In this document: positions 1 to 6,721 of the stretch, in pieces
How the letters are laid out: every line of letters starts with the position of its first letter
How positions within the stretch are numbered: the stretch's first letter is position 1
Assembly (NCBI GenBank): GCA_039679545.1
Contig: JBDKUT010000067.1
Coordinates: 1-18,031, forward strand
DNA length: 18,031 bases
Origin: Thermotogota bacterium
Lineage (GTDB): Bacteria > Bipolaricaulota > Bipolaricaulia > UBA7950 > UBA9294
Direction of reading: 5' to 3'
The notes under the pieces: generated by a model
Told to the model about the DNA's origin: nothing
The model's database searches: none
Seen by the model: the letters and a program-made list of their open reading frames with translations, nothing else
Program-made: the position numbers and the translations under genes

Positions 1-115
1 GCGTCTTCTCCCGCTCAATCGTGTACGTCACCCCGTCCACCGCACGGACAACCCCATCCTCCGTCCCAAACTGCACCTCAAGATCCCGTATCTCCAGAAG
101 CGCAGAGGATGTCAT
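1..115 (-). CDS. oppD: Oligopeptide/dipeptide ABC transporter ATP-binding subunit (OppD/DppD family), 5' fragment running off the left edge
   Basis: The reverse complement reads ATG(115) MTSSALLEIRDLEVQFGTEDGVVRAVDGVTYTIEREKT, the typical OppD/DppD N-terminus (LLEIxDLxVxFxTxxGxVxAVDGVS/T). A strong SD, GGAGGTG, lies at 127-121 on the minus strand. Not in the ORF track because it is truncated. Confidence 0.9.
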   Translation of the reverse strand, partial: MTSSALLEIRDLEVQFGTEDGVVRAVDGVTYTIEREKT

Positions 116-302
116 CGAACCACCTCCAGAGAGCGCTCGAGAGCACCAACCCTGCCGGGCACAAGACATCCCCGCGCTCTCGTTGGGGACTCTGAAGGGC
201 CTGAGCAGCAGTAGTCTGACGCTGTTGGGAGAATCCGCACGGCGTCCGCGACACGAACCATGAGGGCTTGCGTTCTCCTTTCAACAGCGAAATTGCCTCG
301 CC

Positions 303-330
303 ATTATAGGCATTCGCCGCGCGTTGGCCA
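303..330 (-). promoter_or_regulatory. Putative sigma70 promoter for the leftward oppD transcript
   Basis: Perfect TATAAT -10 on the minus strand (308-303), which is rare in this GC-rich DNA. A weak -35-like TGGCCA (330-325) sits at 16-bp spacing. Confidence 0.55.
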
Positions 331-431
331 GCGTACACCGGGACCACGAGCCAGCTTTCTTGGATCGTGAAGCCCAGCGCGACGGAGGCGTGGTCGCCGC
401 TTCTCTCGCCAGCAGTTCGGGCCGGACGCTG

Positions 432-461
432 TTGACTTCGTCGCGACGACGCTGCTATAGT
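432..461 (+). promoter_or_regulatory. Putative sigma70 promoter for oppABC
   Basis: TTGACT (432-437), an 18-nt spacer, then TATAGT (456-461) with an extended -10 TGn (TG at 453-454). The spacer contains the perfect palindrome TCGTCGCGACGA (438-449). Confidence 0.7.
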
Positions 462-561
462 GCCTTGCCTTATCCACTAGATCGGGACGGGACATGACCC
501 GCAGGCAGGGTCGTGCCGGACAAGTGCCACAGGGCGCTGTCCAGGTGGTGGCGGAATGCTT

Positions 562-601
562 TCCTCCTTGGGCGTGCGTCGGTGGCGATGACCAAGGAGG
601 A
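562..601 (+). promoter_or_regulatory. Anti-SD/SD hairpin in the oppA 5' leader
   Basis: TCCTCCTTGG (562-571) is the exact reverse complement of CCAAGGAGGA (592-601), which contains the SD just upstream of the GTG start at 608. Confidence 0.6.
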
Positions 602-607
602 CAAGCT

Positions 608-2212
608 GTGAAGAGACTGTGGCTTCTCGCCCTCGCCGTGGCGCTCGTAGTTGGCGTTTGCGCAGTAGGACAAGCGAAGACGCTGTACTGGAACCTCCAG
701 ACGGAGCCTCCATCCCTCGACCCCAGCATTGCAACGGACACGACGTCGCACCAGGTGATCAAGAGCCTGTTCATCAGTCTGTGCCAGTTCGATGACAACA
801 CGATGGAGGTTCTCCCCGACCTCGCGAAGAGCTGGGAGTTCGACTCGACAACGAACACCTGGACCTTTTACCTGCGGGATGACGTCTACTGGACGGACCG
901 GAACTGGACCCTGAGCGGCCTCCCCGTCACCGCGGAGGACGTCGAGTTCGGAATCAAGAGGCTTCTGGCCCCCGAAACCGCATCCGAGTACGCGTACGTC
1001 CTGTACTTGATCAAGGGTGCGGAAGCGTACAACACCGGAGCCGGAAGTGCTGATGATGTCGGTGTCAAAGCCATCGACAAGTATACCGTCGCGATCACCC
1101 TGAACTTCCCGGCCGGCTACTTCCCGGGAATGTCCGCTCTCTGGCTCTGCGCTCCACTTCCGAAGACCGCCATCGAGAAGTACGGCGACAAGTGGACCGA
1201 AGCTCAGTACATCGTGACGAACGGCCCGTACGTGCTCGGGGACTGGGTGCATGAGGACCATCTCGTGCTGAAGAAGAACGTCGCCTACTACGACGCGTCG
1301 AATGTTAAGATCGACGAGGTCTACTGCTACATGGTCAACGAGCAGTCGACGGCGATGGCGATGTATGAGGCGGGCAAGCTTGACGTCAACGACAACCCGC
1401 CGCTTGAGGATATGGACCGGATTAAGAGCGACCCCGTCCTGTCGAAGGAGCTGCACCAGGCCCCGCGCCTCTGCACGTACCGGTACGGGCTCAACTCCTC
1501 GAAGCCGCCGCTCGACAACATCAACGTCCGCAAGGCGCTTGCTTCGTCACTCGACCGCCAGTCGCTGATCGACAACGTCTTGAAGGGGAACCAGAAGCCG
1601 GCTCAGACGTGGACCTGCCCAGGCATGTTCGGGTACGTGGACGGCGTGGCTCTCGGGATCGGATATCCGTTCGACCCTGAGCAGGCAAGGAAGTATCTCG
1701 CCGATGCTGGGTATCCGGGCGGCGCTGGTTTCCCCGAAGTCACGATCATGGTGAACACCAGCCAGGCGCACCAGAAGATCGCCGAGTTCGTCGCGAAGGG
1801 CTGGCAGGACGTCCTCGGGATCAAGGTCAACATCACGAACCAGGAGTGGGGCGTCTACCTGAACACCTGCTCCGTGGACGCTCCGCAGGTCTTCCGCATG
1901 GGATGGTGTGCGGACTATCCGGACGCGAACAACTTCATGAACGACGTCTTCCATTCCGGCTCGGGGAACAACTACGAGAAGTACAACAACCCGGCGTACG
2001 ACGCGCTCGTTGAGCGGGCCGCCGTGTCCACCGACCCGGCGGAGCGTCTCGACCTCTACAAGCAGGCCGAGATTCTCATGTGCGAGACGGACGTCGCGTT
2101 CATCCCAATCTACTTCTACACCTACAACCACCTCAGCAAGCCGTACGTGGTGAGAACGTTCGCCTCGATCGGCGGCGAGTCGTGGAAGAACTGGGACATC
2201 CTTGACCATTAG
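608..2212 (+). CDS. oppA: Oligopeptide ABC transporter substrate-binding protein (family 5 SBP, OppA/MppA-like), ~534 aa
   Basis: Start re-called at GTG 608, with SD AAGGAGG at 594-600 and signal peptide MKRLWLLALAVALVVGVCAVGQA. Family 5 motifs are present: EPPSLDP, PDLAKSWE, WTFYLRDDVYW..G.PVTAEDV, VTNGPYVL. RLCTYRYGLN and RMGWCADY match enterobacterial OppA YLCTYYYEIN and RAGWCADY. Confidence 0.95.
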   Translation: MKRLWLLALAVALVVGVCAVGQAKTLYWNLQTEPPSLDPSIATDTTSHQVIKSLFISLCQFDDNTMEVLPDLAKSWEFDSTTNTWTFYLRDDVYWTDRNWTLSGLPVTAEDVEFGIKRLLAPETASEYAYVLYLIKGAEAYNTGAGSADDVGVKAIDKYTVAITLNFPAGYFPGMSALWLCAPLPKTAIEKYGDKWTEAQYIVTNGPYVLGDWVHEDHLVLKKNVAYYDASNVKIDEVYCYMVNEQSTAMAMYEAGKLDVNDNPPLEDMDRIKSDPVLSKELHQAPRLCTYRYGLNSSKPPLDNINVRKALASSLDRQSLIDNVLKGNQKPAQTWTCPGMFGYVDGVALGIGYPFDPEQARKYLADAGYPGGAGFPEVTIMVNTSQAHQKIAEFVAKGWQDVLGIKVNITNQEWGVYLNTCSVDAPQVFRMGWCADYPDANNFMNDVFHSGSGNNYEKYNNPAYDALVERAAVSTDPAERLDLYKQAEILMCETDVAFIPIYFYTYNHLSKPYVVRTFASIGGESWKNWDILDH

Positions 2213-2238
2213 GTCATAGAACCACTGGAGCCTCACTT

Positions 2239-2269
2239 GTGGGTGGGGCGGCGCGGCCGCCCCACCCAC
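2239..2269 (+). terminator. Perfect 14-bp GC hairpin after oppA (partial terminator or mRNA-stabilising stem)
   Basis: GTGGGTGGGGCGGC-gcg-GCCGCCCCACCCAC. No U-tract follows, so it is more likely an RNase-blocking or attenuating stem than a strong intrinsic terminator. Confidence 0.6.
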
Positions 2270-2294
2270 CCAACATCCCGAGAGGAGCCCCGAG

Positions 2295-3212
2295 ATGTTC
2301 AGGTTCATCGTGCGGAGGATCCTGTGGACGATCCCCGTCATCCTCGTCGTGTCGAGCATCACGTTCATCCTGATGCACTCGGTGCCCGGCAGTCCGTTTA
2401 CCCGGGAGAGAGCTCTGCCGGCGGCGATTCAGAAGAACCTCGAGGCGAAGTACCACCTGAATGACCCGCTCTGGAAGCAGTACATCGACTACATGTACGG
2501 CTTCGTTCGTCTCGACTTCGGTCCCTCGATTGCTTATCGGTCCCGAACCGTGAACGACATCCTCGCCCAGCAGTGGCCGGTCACTGCCACGCTCGGCGCG
2601 ATTGCGTTCATCTTCGCCGTGGTGGTCGGGATCCCGCTCGGCGTCCTCTCGGCGGTCAAACAGAACTCGCTGATCGACCACGGCTCGATGGTGTTGGCGA
2701 TGCTGGGCGTTTCGGTCCCCGCGATCGCCCTCGGCCCATTCCTGATCTGGATCTTCGCCCTGAAGCTCAAGTGGTTCCCGGTCGCCACATGGGGAACGCC
2801 GGCGCACATTGTTCTTCCGGCTCTCACGTTGTCGACGTTCTACCTCGCCCGGTTTGCTCGAATTACCCGCGCGTCGATGCTCCAGGTGGTCCGCGAGGAG
2901 TACATCCTGGCGGCGCGCGCCAAGGGCCTGCGCGAGGTCGTCGTCAACCTCAAGCACGCCTTCCGCAACGCTCTGATCCCGGTGACGACGATCGCCGGAC
3001 CGGCGTTCGCCGACATCGTCACAGGGTCGCTCGTCGTGGAGCAGATCTTCGCCATCCCCGGGATCGGCAAGTACTACGTACAGAGCATCGGGAACCGAGA
3101 CTACCCGGTGATCATGGCGACGACGCTTCTGTTCGCGCTCGTCATCGTCCTGATGAACCTCCTGGTCGACATCAGCTACGCACTGCTCGACCCGCGGATT
3201 CGCTACAGCTAG
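2295..3212 (+). CDS. oppB: Oligopeptide ABC transporter permease OppB, 305 aa
   Basis: MFRFIVRRIL..IPVILVVSSITFILMHSVPGSPF N-terminus, LDFGPS, EAA loop YILAARAKGL, HAFRNALIP, VVEQIFAIPGIG, NRDYPVI and C-terminal LLDPRIRY. SD GAGGAG at 2282-2287. Confidence 0.96.
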   Translation: MFRFIVRRILWTIPVILVVSSITFILMHSVPGSPFTRERALPAAIQKNLEAKYHLNDPLWKQYIDYMYGFVRLDFGPSIAYRSRTVNDILAQQWPVTATLGAIAFIFAVVVGIPLGVLSAVKQNSLIDHGSMVLAMLGVSVPAIALGPFLIWIFALKLKWFPVATWGTPAHIVLPALTLSTFYLARFARITRASMLQVVREEYILAARAKGLREVVVNLKHAFRNALIPVTTIAGPAFADIVTGSLVVEQIFAIPGIGKYYVQSIGNRDYPVIMATTLLFALVIVLMNLLVDISYALLDPRIRYS

Positions 3213-3231
3213 GCCGGGGAAGGGAGACGGA

Positions 3232-4203
3232 ATGGTCTTTCGCAGCAAGAAGACGCAGTCGGACAACGACTCCGTGAAGGCGCCCCGCAGCCGCAGCTTG
3301 TCCCGCGACGCCATGCGTCGTCTGATGAAGAACCGCAGCGCCGTGGCCGGCGGGATCATCCTCCTTGTGCTCATTTTCGCGGCCGTCTTTGCGAACTTCG
3401 TGGCCCCATACAGCTCCACGGAGGGGGACGTCACGAACAACTACGCCGGACCGTCCGCCGCCCATCCGTTCGGGTGCGACTTCATGGGACGCGACGTGCT
3501 GTCGCGGCTCATCTACGGAGCGCGCATCTCGCTTGCGGCGGGGTTCGTCGGGGCCATCACCGCGTTCCTGATCGGCGTGACCTTCGGACTGATCTCAGGA
3601 TTCTTCGGCGGGAAGACCGACAACATCATGATGCGCATCGTCGACATCATGTACGCATTTCCCACCCTGCTCCTGATCATCCTCCTGATGGTGTACTTCA
3701 AGTCGAGCTTCTCGGTTTCGGGAGTCGCGGGAACGGGGTTTCGAGGCATGCTGTCCGACCTCGATCGATCGATGGGAGGGATGTTCTTCATCTTCCTCGG
3801 CATCGGGCTCACGTCGTGGCTTGGCATGGCGCGACTCGTCCGCGGGATGACGCTCTCCGTGCGGAGCACAGAGTACGTGGAATCGGCACGAGCGATCGGC
3901 ACGTCGCGCGTTCGAATTCTGTTCCGCCACATCCTCCCGAACGTCCTCGGACCGGCCATCGTCGCGCAGGCGCTCCAGATCCCCGGCTTCATTTCGTACG
4001 AGGCGTTCCTCTCCTTCATCGGTCTCGGAGTGAACCCCCCGACGCCAAGCTGGGGCATGATGCTTTCTCAGGGATACCTCGCAATGCGATCACATTTTCA
4101 CCTCGTCCTTTGGCCGGCGATCGCAATTTCCATCACATTGTTCGCGTTCAACTTCCTGGGAGATGGGGTCCGCGACGCCTTCGATCCGCGGCAGACGAGG
4201 TAG
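3232..4203 (+). CDS. oppC: Oligopeptide ABC transporter permease OppC, 323 aa
   Basis: HPFGCDFMGRDVLSRLIYGARISL, MMRIVDIMYAFP, EAA motif EYVESARAIG, RHILPN, EAFLSFIGLGVNPPTPSWG and FNFLGDGVRDAFDPR. Confidence 0.96.
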   Translation: MVFRSKKTQSDNDSVKAPRSRSLSRDAMRRLMKNRSAVAGGIILLVLIFAAVFANFVAPYSSTEGDVTNNYAGPSAAHPFGCDFMGRDVLSRLIYGARISLAAGFVGAITAFLIGVTFGLISGFFGGKTDNIMMRIVDIMYAFPTLLLIILLMVYFKSSFSVSGVAGTGFRGMLSDLDRSMGGMFFIFLGIGLTSWLGMARLVRGMTLSVRSTEYVESARAIGTSRVRILFRHILPNVLGPAIVAQALQIPGFISYEAFLSFIGLGVNPPTPSWGMMLSQGYLAMRSHFHLVLWPAIAISITLFAFNFLGDGVRDAFDPRQTR

Positions 4204-4254
4204 GCAGGAGAGGCACGCCCGCAGCTCTGGCCTGAGTGACGTTCGGCAGCGCAA

Positions 4255-4283
4255 TTGACGGTTCGCAGCACCGGCGATAGAGT
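4255..4283 (+). promoter_or_regulatory. Putative sigma70 promoter for the MoxR/VWA operon
   Basis: TTGACG (4255-4260), a 17-nt spacer, then TAGAGT (4278-4283), located between oppC and the next gene. Confidence 0.6.
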
Positions 4284-4386
4284 CGGTGTGCGGCCTTCCG
4301 GAGAGCGGCAGCCCGAGCGCCTGGAAGGTTTTCTCGTCGCTTGGCGGGCGCTCTCTCGGAAGTCCCTCGAAAGGGTCGGGATTCCG

Positions 4387-6087
4387 ATGACGAGGCGGCG
4401 AAGGCCTAAGGGTGTTGCAATCTTCCTGGCCCTCGCCGGTCTTGTCGCCGGCGATGTAACGGCTTTGGCCGCACCGACCTTCGACGTTGCCGTGGGGCTT
4501 GCCGGCCGCGTCGTACCGGACCGACTCGCGCCGATCTACCTGACACCCGTCGACCTTCCGAGTGGCGCCGTCCGCCTGAGAGTGACTCAGAACGTCGGGA
4601 ACGCATGGCGAGGAGAGACGACGATGTCATTCGAGGTTCCCCTCGCCCCATTCGACCGCGGCGACTTCGAGGAGGTTATTCCCCTCTACGCCGCCGCTCT
4701 CCCCCTTCGCCTTGAGCTTCTGTCGGCCGACGGACGGCGTCTCGCGGGCAGAGAGATCGAGCTCCGCTCGCGGAGGGTGGACGCCCCCTTCCCTGTCGGG
4801 GTCGGGGCCTTCTCGACTCTCCTCCACGACCAAGCCGCCTTCCTCTCCTCGGCGGAGTTACCGAGGAAATGGTCCGCGTACGACGCCGCGGAGAGCGTCT
4901 GGATCGGGCGCACGCGTGGGGGACTCGATGGCGACCAATGGGACGCCCTAGCACGCTGGGTGCTCTCCGGCGGCTCCCTCGTCGTCTTCACCGGTGCCGA
5001 CTTCTTCCTCCTCGACGCGCCGCGACTGCGCGACCTCTTGCCCGTCGCCAATCCAACCCTTGCGGAGCGCGGGGATGGTTCGCGGGTTCTGGCGGGCGAC
5101 CTTCGCCGCGATGCGACCGTTCTCGCGACAAAGGCGAAAGCTCCTTGGCTCATCGAGAGACGCTACGGGAGCGGGAACGTCCTCCTCGTGACCACGGATG
5201 CCCTTGCAGTCGATGCCGCTGACCTCTTGGAGATCCAAAGCCACGTGGTCTCCGCAGGCGCGCTGTCACTCGCCGGGACCGCTTCGGACCTTCTCGATCT
5301 GCAGCCGATCGATCACCCCAGCCGATGGGTCGCCGCCCTGTTGGTCGTTCTGGCTGTCATCACCCTACCGGCCGTGATCCGCTCCAAAGGGCACAGATCG
5401 TCGACGCCTGTGCTCTGCGCCGCCTTCGCCGCTTTCGCCCTCTTCTCGTGGGTGTACACGGACTCCGCGCAGGTCGAAAGCGACGTGTACCGAACCGAGG
5501 CAGACGTGTCGATCGAGGGCTCCCTCGGCGTGTCGGTATCGTGTTCCGCCCTGGTCTCGGCGTCACGCCAGCCGGTCACGGCTAATGTAGGCGTGGACAG
5601 CATTCCCTGCGAGCCTCTCCCGCGTAGCGTCGAGTCGGGATCGCGCGACATGGCATACCGCGACGGAGCGGCACAGATCACGCTCGTGCCAGGCGAACGT
5701 CGATTCCTCACCACCCGGAGCGACGTACCCGTGCACCTTCGAGCGCGTCTTGACGGCGATGAGGAGCTTCGGCTGGCAAACCGAGAGCCCCGAAAAATCG
5801 CAGACGCACTTCTCCTCGTCGACGGCGAGGCCTTCGTCTTGCCACCGCTCGAACCCGGAGAGTCCACGATCTACCTCGCCAACCCTTCCTCCGGGAGGAC
5901 GTACTCCTTGGGTCCCGAGGGCGGCTCGCTCGACCGCCTCCTCGCCGCCGCGGCAAGCTTCCTCTCGCTCGGCCGAGGAGTGTGGCTCGTGGCCGGGGAG
6001 ATCACGGAGACGAAGCGTACGGAGGGCGGAATCCGGACGCGCGTGAGAGACGTGAGCCTCTACATCGCGGAGGTGGGGCGTGACTAG
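4387..6087 (+). CDS. Secreted/membrane protein with class I glutamine-amidotransferase-like domain (MoxR/VWA-operon associated), ~566 aa
   Basis: Start placed at ATG 4387, giving a signal peptide (MTRRRRPKGVAIFLALAGLVAGDVTALA). It contains LPRKWSAYDAAESVWI..DQWDALARWVLSGGSLVVFTG and RYGSGNVLLV (GATase1-like fold pattern, no obvious catalytic Cys). Two central hydrophobic helices precede a beta-rich C-terminal domain. The start is uncertain because the SD is weak. Confidence 0.75.
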   Translation: MTRRRRPKGVAIFLALAGLVAGDVTALAAPTFDVAVGLAGRVVPDRLAPIYLTPVDLPSGAVRLRVTQNVGNAWRGETTMSFEVPLAPFDRGDFEEVIPLYAAALPLRLELLSADGRRLAGREIELRSRRVDAPFPVGVGAFSTLLHDQAAFLSSAELPRKWSAYDAAESVWIGRTRGGLDGDQWDALARWVLSGGSLVVFTGADFFLLDAPRLRDLLPVANPTLAERGDGSRVLAGDLRRDATVLATKAKAPWLIERRYGSGNVLLVTTDALAVDAADLLEIQSHVVSAGALSLAGTASDLLDLQPIDHPSRWVAALLVVLAVITLPAVIRSKGHRSSTPVLCAAFAAFALFSWVYTDSAQVESDVYRTEADVSIEGSLGVSVSCSALVSASRQPVTANVGVDSIPCEPLPRSVESGSRDMAYRDGAAQITLVPGERRFLTTRSDVPVHLRARLDGDEELRLANREPRKIADALLLVDGEAFVLPPLEPGESTIYLANPSSGRTYSLGPEGGSLDRLLAAAASFLSLGRGVWLVAGEITETKRTEGGIRTRVRDVSLYIAEVGRD

Positions 6088-6721
6088 ATCGTACGCGTTG
6101 ATCGACCGCGACAGCTGGCGCCCCTACTTCAGCCTCGTCCTCTTCTGCGGTATTGCTCTCATTCTCTCCATCCCGGGAGCCCACGTCGTTCGGGACCTCG
6201 CGTCTGCTTCGTTCCTGTCTGCTCTTCCGACCTTCTTCTACGCTCATGCCCTATTCATGGGTCTCCTCGGACTGGGGCTCGGCGCCGGGAGTGCCGAGCG
6301 GGGCGAGGAGGGAACCCGGATGCTCGCCTCTCTCGCCTTGCGTGTCCTCATCGGACAGTTCCTCTGCCTCCCGTACCTTATCTTCGCCCGAAGCCTCTTC
6401 CCCGGACGCGGGGGAGCCTTCGCCCTAATCGCGCTCTTCACAACGCTCGTCTCGCTCGCTCTGGCCGTGTTCAGCCGGCTCATCGAGCACCCGCGACGAC
6501 CAGGACCCTCTTCCGGTTTCCTCGTGAAGTACCCCCTCTTCGTAGTCTACAACGCCGCTCCGCTCGCAGGACTCCCGCTTCTCTCGCCGCTGGGAGCGGT
6601 TCGGCTCCTCCTCGAGGGTGTCGCTCCTCCCGAGGCACTTCTTGCGTTCGCCCTACCCGTTGCCCTTCTCACGGTCCTATCTCCGTTCGCGGTTCGGCTG
6701 AAAGGCGAGGGCCATGCTTGA
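6080..6721 (+). CDS. Polytopic membrane protein (about 6 TM), possibly a degenerate ABC-2-type permease, 213 aa
   Basis: GTG start with SD GGAGGTG (6069-6075) and 8-nt overlaps with both neighbours. Several Leu/Phe/Ala-rich helices. GAGSAERGEEGTRMLASL and LLSPLGA loosely resemble ABC-2 permease 'I..ERE.GTL..L' and 'LSPF' segments. Confidence 0.7.
   Translation: MTRSYALIDRDSWRPYFSLVLFCGIALILSIPGAHVVRDLASASFLSALPTFFYAHALFMGLLGLGLGAGSAERGEEGTRMLASLALRVLIGQFLCLPYLIFARSLFPGRGGAFALIALFTTLVSLALAVFSRLIEHPRRPGPSSGFLVKYPLFVVYNAAPLAGLPLLSPLGAVRLLLEGVAPPEALLAFALPVALLTVLSPFAVRLKGEGHA

Noticed and set aside
116..296. Glycine or lysine riboswitch in the oppD leader
   Set aside because: Only scattered short words match (GAAAGG, CTCAGG). 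Core elements such as GCCGAAG and the expected order are absent.
468..560. SAM-I riboswitch (leader begins CTTATC)
   Set aside because: It lacks the AGAG..GAGGGA..GGCCC, GCAACC and closing GAT(A/G)AG elements, so it is kept only as an unclassified structured leader.
494..607. ORF-track N-terminal extension of oppA from ATG 494
   Set aside because: The SD and signal peptide fit GTG 608, and the extension lies within the structured leader.
470..1456. Long antisense ORFs (470-1456, 1547-2368, 2214-3440, 9999-11108, 11183-12640, 13828-15078 and others)
   Set aside because: They are shadow frames opposite well-supported genes. High GC and biased codon usage suppress antisense stops, and they show no recognisable motifs.
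4255..4386. ORF-track start at TTG 4255 for the first gene of the MoxR operon
   Set aside because: That TTG is the -35 box of the predicted promoter, and ATG 4387 yields a proper signal peptide.
4387..4430. Twin-arginine (Tat) signal in MTRRRRPKGVAIFL
   Set aside because: It lacks the S/T-R-R-x-F-L-K consensus spacing and is more simply read as a basic Sec n-region.
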